IMG/VR virus record: IMGVR_UViG_3300007363_000060
Span: 1 to 33,903 of that record
Direction: 5' to 3' (one strand)
Origin: a virus
Lineage: Duplodnaviria; Caudoviricetes
DNA length: 33,903 bases
The notes under the pieces: model-generated
Databases searched by the model: none
Seen by the model: only the letters and a program-made list of their open reading frames with translations
What the model was told of the DNA's origin: nothing
Program-made: the position numbers and the translations under genes
Shown here: one piece after another, positions 8,801 through 16,984 of the stretch
Numbering within the stretch: the first letter of the stretch is position 1
Layout: every line of letters starts with the position of its first letter

Positions 8801-11800
8801 TCGCTGTAGATGCCCTTCGGCAGCAGCTTCAGTCCATCCTCGCCAATGAGCGCGACCAGCGACGGGCGGTCCAGCTTCTTGCCGGCCATCGCCTCCGGCG
8901 TCTCGCCCTCGAACAGCTTGCCGTTGCGCAGGAAGTAGAGCGCACCCTGCCCCGGGTCGGCCATCATCTCGGCCGTGACTTCCTTTCGGATGCGGGCCTT
9001 CTCGGCGGCCAGTTCCTTGGTCTTCTCGCGCTTGATCTGCGCCATGACTTTGGCGAGAACCTTCTGCTCGGCCTCGTCCACCACGCGCGTCACGTTCGCC
9101 GTGTAGGCCTTGAACTCGGCCTCCGTCATCTCGGCGGACTTGGCGTCAGCAAACAGGGGATTGAGGCCCTGTGTGGTCCGGGCGGCGGCGATTTCCTCGT
9201 CCGTCGCCAGCAGGCGGTCGAACACCTGTCGGATCTCAGGAGACAGCGGCGCATTCAGCCGGGCCAGCGTCCGGTAGATCGTGACCAGCCAATTCTTGAA
9301 CGACCGGAAGGCCGCGCGCAGCCCCTCGCTGGGGGCCTTGCCTTCCATCGTGTAGGCCTCGAAAGCCCGGGCGAATAGCTCGTGCTGCTCGACCGTGATG
9401 TAGCCGTCCTTGCTGCCGACGTAGTCCAGCACGGTCTGCCACATGGCCTTGGTTTCTTCCGAGGCGTTCTGCGCCTTGGCGTCGAACTCAAGCTCTGCCA
9501 GCCAGAGGTGGCCGCTCTCGTGGATCAGGGTGGACAGGTCCCGGCCCTGAAACAGGCGGATGATCGCCCCGTTATCGGTGAAGCTGATGTTGCCGCGTTC
9601 GGTCTGCTCGTACTGCTGGATGGTCGCGAGGGCGTCGTCGAACAGGACGTAGTTGTAGTCTCCTTCTCCAGCCCGACGTGATCCGCCGTCCAAATACTTG
9701 ATGCCTGGAATGCCGGCCTCACGCAGCGCAAGAGATGCCGCTTTATCGTCCGCCATCTTGCCGTCGCGCGTGTTCACGACAACACCCCAGCCGCGCGGTC
9801 CGCCGGGGTTTTCCATCTCGTCGGGCGCGGGCTTGGCAAGCCTCTCGCTCAGAGCCTTGTAGATGCGCTCGCCTGTGTTGGCCTCCGAATCTCTAAGCGC
9901 CTTTAGGTAGCCCTTCGCCTGTTCTTCAACATAGGCGCCGGGGCCATCCTCCCCGATAGTTGCCTTGGAATAGCGCGCGTGTTGCCGCGCCATGCGATCC
10001 AGTTCCGCATCGTTGTCGATGACAAGCGCAATTCCGTCCGGGTTGCCTTCGTTTGCCTTCAGGGCACGGCGCACAATCGAAGCAATTACCCGGTCAGCGG
10101 GCGGCTTCGGTGCATCTTCTGGCTTGATTCCGATTTTTGCCAAAGCAGCCTTGACCGTTTCCGGCTGATCGGCAAGCGGCTTATCCCACAGGAGATACGC
10201 CCCATCGTCGGGGATCTCGACGTGGTAGAGGCGGCCTTTGTTCTCTACCCACTGAGGCCTCGGCGCTTCCGCAATCGCGTCGATTACGGCCTTGCTGATT
10301 TGCGCGGCAACACTGTCGGGTTGCGCCGCAGCCTCTTTGCCGAACTGATCTACCTTTTGTGCAATGTCCACGTCGATCAGGTCAGCCGACCCACGGCCTC
10401 CGGCCTCTCTTGGCCTAGCCATGTTGTCATAGACGCGCGTGAGATTGTCGACCAGCCGCGCGACCTCCGCCATCAGATCGGGTGTGTTGAGATTGTCGGG
10501 CAACGCGCGCCAAGCGTTGCTCAAGATATCCTGCCTTACCTGATAACGCGTGCGACCATCGCCCCATTGAACATCGGCAGGTTTTGCCAGCGCCTCGCGA
10601 TAATACTTCGCCACCGCCTTGTTGCCCGCGAAGTAGAGCCCCCAGCCATAGGCTTGCGCACCCTCGCCCGTGCCGATCTTGTCCAGCGTGAACTTGTCGA
10701 AGATGTGCGGGGAGCCGTGATAGACAGACTGATTGTAGATGCGCGGAGACGACGGGTCGAACGCGCCGCTGTTGCCGGTGGCCGATTTGATCTGTTCGGG
10801 CTTCAGCGGCACATATACATCGCCCTCGTCCGCCGTGTTCCGCAAGATCAGTCCATCATAGTCGCCACTCAGCATCTGCTCGCGGATTGGCGAGTCAGGC
10901 TTGCCGATCACGCTTGCATCGATCTGGAACTCGCGCGCCGGACGACCCTTGGCATCCACTACAAGCGGCTTTTGCATGGACAGAAAGACGGGGAACACGC
11001 CGGCCGGCTGGCCGCCGTTCTCCGTCATCATCCACTGCGCATCGGCAAACCGGCTCGCCACCGCACGGTCAGAAGTGAAAAAGCCCGCCCAAGGTCCATT
11101 GGGACTATCAAAGGCCGTAATCTCAGAGCCATCCTGCCACGCCTTGGTCGGACCGCCCTTGTAAACGACCAGCGGCTTGCCGCTTTCATCGACAACCTTG
11201 CTATTGCCGAACCACTTCTTGAAGGCGTCGGACTTGATCTGACCGGCCTGCTCATACGTCCGCCCGCCCGGCTTCGCCGCCGCGTCCAGCGCCTTCCTGA
11301 TCTTCGCATTCGACCACTGGGGATCGATGCCAAGGCTTTCAAGAGCATCCGCGAGCTGTTGGCGCTCGCTCTGGAACTTGCCTAGCGCTTCGGCTCGTCG
11401 AGCGCGGGCTGCTTCTTGCGGAGTGAGAGGCGCAGATCCGTTGCCAGCCTGACCGCCGACAATTCCTTCCGCGTCGAGCCAGGCAGATTGTCCTTCGCCA
11501 ACGCCTTGGTCAGTCGCTCCCTGAGCGTCGATAGTTCCTGCGATGTCGCCATGGAGACGTTCCCACTCTTCCCGTGAAAGCCCACCAGTGTCCGGTACAG
11601 ACGGGCCACCGTCAACGGCGCTTGCAGCGGCGTCGCGCTCGTCAAACTCGTCCCACAGCCTCTGAAGGGATTCGTCCTTGATGCGAGCCAATTCACGATC
11701 AAGCTGCCGCGCTTCAAGGCTATCCGGGCCAAGGGCATCCACGCGTTCCGCCAACGCCATGAGCCGCTGCGTCGTGTCATCTTGGCTCAGAAATTTGGCG

Positions 11801-14391
11801 ATCTCCTCCGGAGTCCTTCCCTTTGGCTCCCAGCCGAGATCATCCTTAAGCCAACGAAAGAACTCGTTGAAATAGTCCTGCTGCACCTGAAACGCAGCCG
11901 TGTCGGCATCATCCGGATACACCTTGGACCGGCCAGTCGCATCAGCTTCCAGCGCTTTGATGAAGGCATCCACATCAACGCCGCTACCAAATCGTGTCTC
12001 GGAGCCAAAGCGGAACCCGACATCCATAGCCGCTTGCGCGAGAAGATCGGCCGACTTGCCCTTGTTTTTGCCCTTCTTCTGTAACAGGCCGGGAATCTTG
12101 GCTAGATCGGCCGCGCGAATGTCGCCAGCCTCGCTGGCTAGAATGTTTAGCCCGCCGTTCTTACGCACAAAGTCCGTCAACGACTGCGGCGCCTTAATAG
12201 GCCTCTCCGGCGTCCAGCCTCGCGCCAGTCGCCGCGCCGCCTTCAATATGGTCGCGTCATATGCAGCGGGCGCTGGCTTCGAGTCCTTTGGAACCTTCAC
12301 CGGGTCCTTACCGCTCCGGATGCTGTCCAGCATGATATCGATGCGGTCCGGGCCCAGCGCCCGGATGCTCTCCGGTAGTTCCGAGCGGATATCCACGCCC
12401 TTGCCCGTGCCCGCCTTCTCATAGGCGTCATAAGCATCGGTGTAGAGGCCGGGGTTGCGCGCGGCACGGGCGGCGTAGTGGGCCGCGTACAGGGCGGCAT
12501 GCTGGGCGGCCACTTCATTCGTGTACTGCCCGGAGTTCTTCAGCCGCTCCAGCACGGTTTGATAGACGCGGGTCTGCGGCTCAATCTCTCCGATACCGGC
12601 GGCGATTTGTTCCTCGAACCGCGCAAGCGCCGCCTGCGTCTCGGCCTGCCGGCGGCTCTCCCATTCCTGCGCCTGGCGGACGGAGAAGCCGTCAACCTCG
12701 GTCCGCAGGTCATTGCGCCACGCCTTGTGCGCCTCACTGGCTCCCGTCAGGTAGTTGGCAAGCGGGATGGCGATGTCCTCGCCGGACACGCGGGCGCGCT
12801 CGATCTGGTCGGCAATGCCCAGCCTTTCCACGAACTGCTTGGCCTGCAGCCCGGTCATGTCCTGCATGTAGGTCGCCACGGCCTGAGCAGGGACGAACAC
12901 GCTCTGCACGACGTCGGACAGGCTGCCGATGAACTCCTGCAGCTTCTCCGGGGAAAGGGCCGCGATCTTGGTGTTCGTGACCTGCTCAAGCAGCCGGTCC
13001 ACCACCAGCGCCTGCCCGATGGCAATGCGCTCTAGGGGCGGCAGCGCCTGATACTTCTCGAACTGCTCGCGGGTGGCATCCTGCTTGATGGCCTGTGTCC
13101 AGCGGGCCGTTGCCACCTCAACCGGCGCCGAGCCCATCTCGCCAAGGGCTTCCGAGACGACCGCAAACGGGTCGACCTTCATGCCGGCCAGCGTCGAGCC
13201 CGCCGCCTCGCCAAAGGCCCCTGCCCCCGCCTGTACGCCCATCTGGGCCACGATGTTGGTGGCTTCCCGGGTCACTGCGCTCTTGCCCATACCCATGGGA
13301 ACGCGCGCCAGCCGCAGGGACGCAGCATCCACCGCCCCGATCGTGCCCGCCTTGATGGTGGCCTGCCGCTCGACTTTCGCCATAAGGGCGGGATCGTTGA
13401 ACGCCTGCGTGACCTGCGTTGGGTCCGCGATGTTGACCCCGGCCTCCTTCATGGCGTCCGTGACCGCGCCCATGTACTCGGCAAGGAACGACACGCCGAA
13501 CGCACCACCCGGGCCCGCCACGGCGAACGCGCCCAATTGGAAGGGCAACAGGTACGCCGACTGCATGCTGATCGAGTAGATGGCGCCCAGCGGGTCCTTC
13601 TTCAGGGCCTCCCACATGCCGCCCCAGTCGCCCGCCTCGCCGGCCTTCTGCATCTCGGCCACGACGGGCCGCATGGGCAACTCTGCCGCCTGTGCCTGCC
13701 GCTCATAGAACTGGCCGCCATAGTTGATGATGGCGTCCTTCATGGTCTGCCGGATCGTCTCTTCCTGGCCGATCATGGCGCGGTCGAAGGGCGACAGGTA
13801 CTCGCCCCGCGCCTGCTTCTGTAGCGCGCTCTCCAACTCGCCCAGCTTGCGGCTGGCGGTCTTCCAGCCCGCGAAGTTGCTGTTGGCCTGCTGGCCCAGC
13901 ACGCCGCGCGTGATCTCGTTCACGCCTTCCTCGATCAGCGACAGCTTGGAGAAATCCCCCTCGCTGTCGGCGACCTTGGCGTTGATCGGGTCGGCCGTGA
14001 GCCATGCCGCCAACTTGGGCGACTTGCCTAGAAGGGCGTCGTACTCGTTCAGCTTCTGCTCGGCGGCAACCTTCGGCAGGTTGCGCTCCACCAGATCGGA
14101 CGGCAGGCCAGTCTTGCCCGACAGTTGCAGTGCCTTGGCAGCAACCTCCGGCGTCGAGCCCTGTGCGGCAATGGCGGTCGCGCGGAGACGCTGCTGGCGT
14201 TCCCGCTTCATGTCGATGACGACCGAATCGTACTCGTTGCCGGTTGGCTTGCGGTCGCTCGCGGGAGGAGCCTGAGCCAGAAGCGCGTCGTACTCGTTGG
14301 TCCCTTCCGGGGCCGATGCCGGAACGGGCGGCGGTGCCGGTTCTGCGGGAGGCGGGGCAGAATCGTCGGTCAGCACGAACGTATCGGTCAT
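5833..14391 (-). CDS. Giant internal virion / DNA-ejection protein of large-polyvalent-protein type (2852 aa) with two ART-like modules and an HExxH zincin domain
   Basis: Last and largest ejectosome gene by synteny; hydrophobic Gly/Ala segments near the N-terminus; FKKWFGNSKVVDESGKPLVVY...GDYDG...EQIKSATGNSGAFD; YHGSPH.FDKF...GTGEGAQAYGWGLYF...GIPGIKY...NYVLFDD; STLIHESGH...HELFARAFEAY. Confidence 0.8.
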   Translation of the reverse strand: MTDTFVLTDDSAPPPAEPAPPPVPASAPEGTNEYDALLAQAPPASDRKPTGNEYDSVVIDMKRERQQRLRATAIAAQGSTPEVAAKALQLSGKTGLPSDLVERNLPKVAAEQKLNEYDALLGKSPKLAAWLTADPINAKVADSEGDFSKLSLIEEGVNEITRGVLGQQANSNFAGWKTASRKLGELESALQKQARGEYLSPFDRAMIGQEETIRQTMKDAIINYGGQFYERQAQAAELPMRPVVAEMQKAGEAGDWGGMWEALKKDPLGAIYSISMQSAYLLPFQLGAFAVAGPGGAFGVSFLAEYMGAVTDAMKEAGVNIADPTQVTQAFNDPALMAKVERQATIKAGTIGAVDAASLRLARVPMGMGKSAVTREATNIVAQMGVQAGAGAFGEAAGSTLAGMKVDPFAVVSEALGEMGSAPVEVATARWTQAIKQDATREQFEKYQALPPLERIAIGQALVVDRLLEQVTNTKIAALSPEKLQEFIGSLSDVVQSVFVPAQAVATYMQDMTGLQAKQFVERLGIADQIERARVSGEDIAIPLANYLTGASEAHKAWRNDLRTEVDGFSVRQAQEWESRRQAETQAALARFEEQIAAGIGEIEPQTRVYQTVLERLKNSGQYTNEVAAQHAALYAAHYAARAARNPGLYTDAYDAYEKAGTGKGVDIRSELPESIRALGPDRIDIMLDSIRSGKDPVKVPKDSKPAPAAYDATILKAARRLARGWTPERPIKAPQSLTDFVRKNGGLNILASEAGDIRAADLAKIPGLLQKKGKNKGKSADLLAQAAMDVGFRFGSETRFGSGVDVDAFIKALEADATGRSKVYPDDADTAAFQVQQDYFNEFFRWLKDDLGWEPKGRTPEEIAKFLSQDDTTQRLMALAERVDALGPDSLEARQLDRELARIKDESLQRLWDEFDERDAAASAVDGGPSVPDTGGLSREEWERLHGDIAGTIDAQGATDQGVGEGQSAWLDAEGIVGGQAGNGSAPLTPQEAARARRAEALGKFQSERQQLADALESLGIDPQWSNAKIRKALDAAAKPGGRTYEQAGQIKSDAFKKWFGNSKVVDESGKPLVVYKGGPTKAWQDGSEITAFDSPNGPWAGFFTSDRAVASRFADAQWMMTENGGQPAGVFPVFLSMQKPLVVDAKGRPAREFQIDASVIGKPDSPIREQMLSGDYDGLILRNTADEGDVYVPLKPEQIKSATGNSGAFDPSSPRIYNQSVYHGSPHIFDKFTLDKIGTGEGAQAYGWGLYFAGNKAVAKYYREALAKPADVQWGDGRTRYQVRQDILSNAWRALPDNLNTPDLMAEVARLVDNLTRVYDNMARPREAGGRGSADLIDVDIAQKVDQFGKEAAAQPDSVAAQISKAVIDAIAEAPRPQWVENKGRLYHVEIPDDGAYLLWDKPLADQPETVKAALAKIGIKPEDAPKPPADRVIASIVRRALKANEGNPDGIALVIDNDAELDRMARQHARYSKATIGEDGPGAYVEEQAKGYLKALRDSEANTGERIYKALSERLAKPAPDEMENPGGPRGWGVVVNTRDGKMADDKAASLALREAGIPGIKYLDGGSRRAGEGDYNYVLFDDALATIQQYEQTERGNISFTDNGAIIRLFQGRDLSTLIHESGHLWLAELEFDAKAQNASEETKAMWQTVLDYVGSKDGYITVEQHELFARAFEAYTMEGKAPSEGLRAAFRSFKNWLVTIYRTLARLNAPLSPEIRQVFDRLLATDEEIAAARTTQGLNPLFADAKSAEMTEAEFKAYTANVTRVVDEAEQKVLAKVMAQIKREKTKELAAEKARIRKEVTAEMMADPGQGALYFLRNGKLFEGETPEAMAGKKLDRPSLVALIGEDGLKLLPKGIYSEDGLSPDDVAQTFGLGNGTELTDRLLQIQAEQEAMRAKGDNRSVVNVRIAEETQRRLTEAMGDPLNDGSIEAEAMAAVHSDKQGALMASEVKVLARKAGHSGVISLENIKDWAAKAIGEMSTYQGTQFAKYQQAERVAGQRVQRALVKGDFMAAFKAKQDQLVNFALYQEAKKAADDTEKARKLADRYASARTIPNMEQATLDAIHEVLEEFDFKKRSGKLLAERTLFNAWAAEQEKAGHVVVEPPRLKGAQRKHFSQMTVDEIRGLHDSIAQMAHLGRLKKELIVNGQKRDLDNLLTEMEASAEKLVQRGVSQFREGESLLQEQLGDLRHNFTDLRSSLIKMERLFEILDGDKTGRGIFSRALFKPIADAQTVDYDLKVAANKAIKAIYDKVPKEQRKAWATRHSVPEVQAGLTLTKEQIIAIALNTGNASNLEKLLQGRKWSQVGVTALLDKHLTQEEWTFVQDIWDHIDSYWPQIEALEKEVNGFAPKKVEATPVQTRFGTLRGGYYPMEYNRHASFKADKIARIRETTAAVGELFAPGRAKPSTRAGSTNERVENFNAPVLLSLNVIHNHINEVTQDIAYRKAVMQTYKIITSDRFRGAVQSAVGPEYEGQILTWLQRIANEGVQDKVGLSGVESVLRTMRLNVSIVGMGLRVSTMLQQTVGYSNSIQRLGEAAMANGFRLFASNPKGMAETVFAKSGEMRHRMNGIDRDMRANMKRFTGKEGIRPSVARFAFKGIALFDMAVTLPTWLGAYHQGLGQKMTEQEAIYYADKMVRDTQGAGGNKDMSSLQNGNEAWKLFTMFGSYANVLYNAQLGLWTDARYGKMTAKKFATLMHQFLYLMVIPPLLSALVVDKGPEDDEDWLLWAARNVGFGAFQGVPLLRDAANATKNLVEGKFSNGVQLTPIAGIFENLMHLGKDATKIVQGEEPSKTALKNLFNTMGGVMGLPLGQPGLTLQYILDASTGVEDPEDLWDWVRGLTIGPPKKK

Positions 14392-16697
14392 TTAACGGCC
14401 TTCGCGTTCTTCCGGGCAAACAGGTCAATGACCATGTCGTCGGTCGGCTCGTATCCCTGCCGGCGCAGGGCGTCCACGATTTTGGACTTTTCCGTATCCG
14501 GCACGTCCTTGATCGTCATCTCGTAGCGCGGCTTTGTGCTGTCCCAGATCCAGCCCTTCGACGTCACAACTTCCATTGCCATGCCGTCGATGATCTTCTG
14601 CTGCTGCTCCGGCGTCGCCTTCTTGCCCGTCTCGGTTTCCAGCGCAGTGATGCGGTCCTGCACGGAACGGCGGAACCGCAGGGCCTTTGCCGCATCGGAC
14701 GTGGTCCCGCTGCTCGGCTTGGGTGTCGGATCGATGTTCAACTTCAACAACGTGTCATCGACCATCTGGTTGATGTTGCGGACGTGCGTCAGGTTCTTGT
14801 CCGGATCGCCCTTGCGGGCCGTGCCCTGCATCTTGGCGATCTCCTGGAAGTCCTGATTGGACAGTTTTGATTTGTATTCCCAAAGCGGCTTGTTGGCGTA
14901 CTCCTCGCGCACCTTCGGGTCGGCACTGGTCAGGCCGCTTTGCAAATCGTACCACACCTGCTGATCGGTGACGGCGTCCTGCCCCTTGGCGTTGTGGGCA
15001 AGCGTCGCGTCGATGCTCTTTTGCTTCTCGTAGTGAAGCTGGTTCCAGATTTCCGGCGGCGGGCGCGTGGTCGCAGCCGTGCCGTTCGGGCCGCCCGACT
15101 GCATCCACTTGTCCACGCTGATATCCAGTTGCAGCTTCGCCATCTCGATCTGCCGCTTCTGCGTGGCGAGATTAATGTCGAGCGCGCTCTGCGTGGCTCG
15201 GCGCTGGGCATCGTTGGTCGCATTGACCTCATTGTTGCGACGGGTGGCCGCGTCGTACTGGGCGTCCGCGTCCAGGAGCATCTGGCGGGTGTCGACGTAT
15301 CGCGGGCCGTTCTGAGGCGGTGCAACGCCGGTCGCCGCATCTACGCTGGTCTTGAGCGGATCGTCTGGCGTGCCGTACTTCGCGAGGATTTGAGACGCCG
15401 AACGCTGACGATGTGAGCTTTCGCCGTCCGTATAGAGCGGCTTGAAGTAGAAGCGGGTCATCAGGTCCGCCGCCTCCTTCTCGCTCTTGGCGTTTTGCAG
15501 CCGGGTCTTGAGTTCTGGCGACACGCCGGAGATGGATTGCGGGATCACCCCGTCGATCTCAGCCTTGGCATACTTTAAGCCGGTCGCAACATCGTTGGGA
15601 TCAAGGCCGTTTTTGCGCGCGAACTCCTTGAAGGCCGTGGCGCGAGCCTGATTCCACTGCCCGATGTTGATGCTGTCGGACCCGTCTCGGCCGTCACGCG
15701 GATTGACCGCGCCGGGGAAGAACTGGCTCTCCCGCAGGAAGCCTGCCGTGATGCCTGCTGAAACCTTCTGGCTGTAGCCGTCCGCCGTCCAGAACTGCAG
15801 GCTTTGCTTCGTGCCCTGCTCTGCCCGCTCGCTGGCCGGCAGCCCGCTCAACATCTCCGTTGCCTGCGCCTTGGCCTTGTCGCCTATCCGCAGCGTCTTG
15901 ATCTGGTCCTCAAGCGCCAGCATATCCTTGCCGTCGAGCTTGCCCTTGTACATCTCGAACGCGCCGATAGCCTTGGCGCTGTCGCCGCTGTCGATCGCTC
16001 GCTTGATGACCGCCTTGTAGACGTCGGACACGACGCCCCGGGCCATTGCCTCGCCCGGAATACCCAACTGCTCGGCACGCGCCAGGGTGGCCTTCTCCAG
16101 GCTGCTGACGACGGTTTCCAGCGCCTTGGGATCGTCGGCACTCAGGAGCGCCCGGTCCGTCAGGGTGGCCGCCGTATCCTTGTAGACGCCCGCCTGGTAC
16201 TTCTCCGTCTGGTTCAGCCCGTGGCGCGCAACCTCGCTCTTGTAGGCAAGGATCTCGTTCTGAGCCGCCTGCTTGTAGAGCTTCTGGGCCATCGGGGAGA
16301 GGCCCGCGCCGATCTCGTCCGCGCCCGACTGCAACCGCGCCGGGAGGGTTTCGTACATCGTCTGGCCGTCCGGCCCCTTCTTGAGGACGTTTCCGCCCTC
16401 AACGCGCATGTAGCCATCCTCACCGCTGGTCAGGTCCTGCCGCTTGGCGCGCAGCTTGTTCAGCGCATCCTGAGCCTGCGTCTGGTCAATCGACGCGCTC
16501 CACTTCTCGACGTCGGCAGCAACCTCGCGCATGACGCGGGCGTCGCTGTCGGACGATGCCTTGGCGCTCTGGGCCGCATAGGTCCAGGCCGCCACGTCCT
16601 GCTGGATGGGCTGGACCACTCCATAGGACTGGACACCGGTCGTACCGCGCGGAACAGGCGTGCCGAAGTCCGGGGTATCGGGAATTGTTACGCCCAT
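14388..16697 (-). CDS. Internal virion protein with an embedded phage-tail-lysozyme (Phage_lysozyme2-like) domain
   Basis: Helical 769-aa protein. About 15370-15810 encodes GYSQKVSAGITAGFLRESQFFPGAVN...IGQWNQAR...LKYAKAEI...EAADLMTRFYFKP, a lysozyme-fold signature with the catalytic ES. Position equivalent to T7 gp15. Confidence 0.75.
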   Translation of the reverse strand: MGVTIPDTPDFGTPVPRGTTGVQSYGVVQPIQQDVAAWTYAAQSAKASSDSDARVMREVAADVEKWSASIDQTQAQDALNKLRAKRQDLTSGEDGYMRVEGGNVLKKGPDGQTMYETLPARLQSGADEIGAGLSPMAQKLYKQAAQNEILAYKSEVARHGLNQTEKYQAGVYKDTAATLTDRALLSADDPKALETVVSSLEKATLARAEQLGIPGEAMARGVVSDVYKAVIKRAIDSGDSAKAIGAFEMYKGKLDGKDMLALEDQIKTLRIGDKAKAQATEMLSGLPASERAEQGTKQSLQFWTADGYSQKVSAGITAGFLRESQFFPGAVNPRDGRDGSDSINIGQWNQARATAFKEFARKNGLDPNDVATGLKYAKAEIDGVIPQSISGVSPELKTRLQNAKSEKEAADLMTRFYFKPLYTDGESSHRQRSASQILAKYGTPDDPLKTSVDAATGVAPPQNGPRYVDTRQMLLDADAQYDAATRRNNEVNATNDAQRRATQSALDINLATQKRQIEMAKLQLDISVDKWMQSGGPNGTAATTRPPPEIWNQLHYEKQKSIDATLAHNAKGQDAVTDQQVWYDLQSGLTSADPKVREEYANKPLWEYKSKLSNQDFQEIAKMQGTARKGDPDKNLTHVRNINQMVDDTLLKLNIDPTPKPSSGTTSDAAKALRFRRSVQDRITALETETGKKATPEQQQKIIDGMAMEVVTSKGWIWDSTKPRYEMTIKDVPDTEKSKIVDALRRQGYEPTDDMVIDLFARKNAKAVK

Positions 16698-16984
16698 CAG
16701 ATCACCATGAGCAGCAGCACAGCCGCTTCCTCTTCTTGCCCATCAAGCACCGCCTTGAGTTTATCGACGGCGGGCCTCGCTCTTGCCGGGCGGGACGTGG
16801 AGAGTTTTCTGTCCGCAATAGAGGGGCTTCCGAAGATCTCTTTGTAGACTTCTGCCGTCCAAACCGATTGCGGCTTCCTCTTCCTGCGACGAAACCGGCT
16901 ATCATAGCCGTCAACATACCCGCCGCTGCCCGCGCCCACTGAGGCGGGGCTCATAAGGTTGTTCAGCAGGAGCGGGAGTAACAC
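16697..16984 (-). CDS. Small hypothetical protein with basic middle and acidic-hydrophobic C-terminal tail
   Basis: 95 aa; coupled at both ends (TAG-GTG, TGATG); ends QEEEAAVLLLMVI. Confidence 0.6.
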   Translation of the reverse strand: MLLPLLLNNLMSPASVGAGSGGYVDGYDSRFRRRKRKPQSVWTAEVYKEIFGSPSIADRKLSTSRPARARPAVDKLKAVLDGQEEEAAVLLLMVI

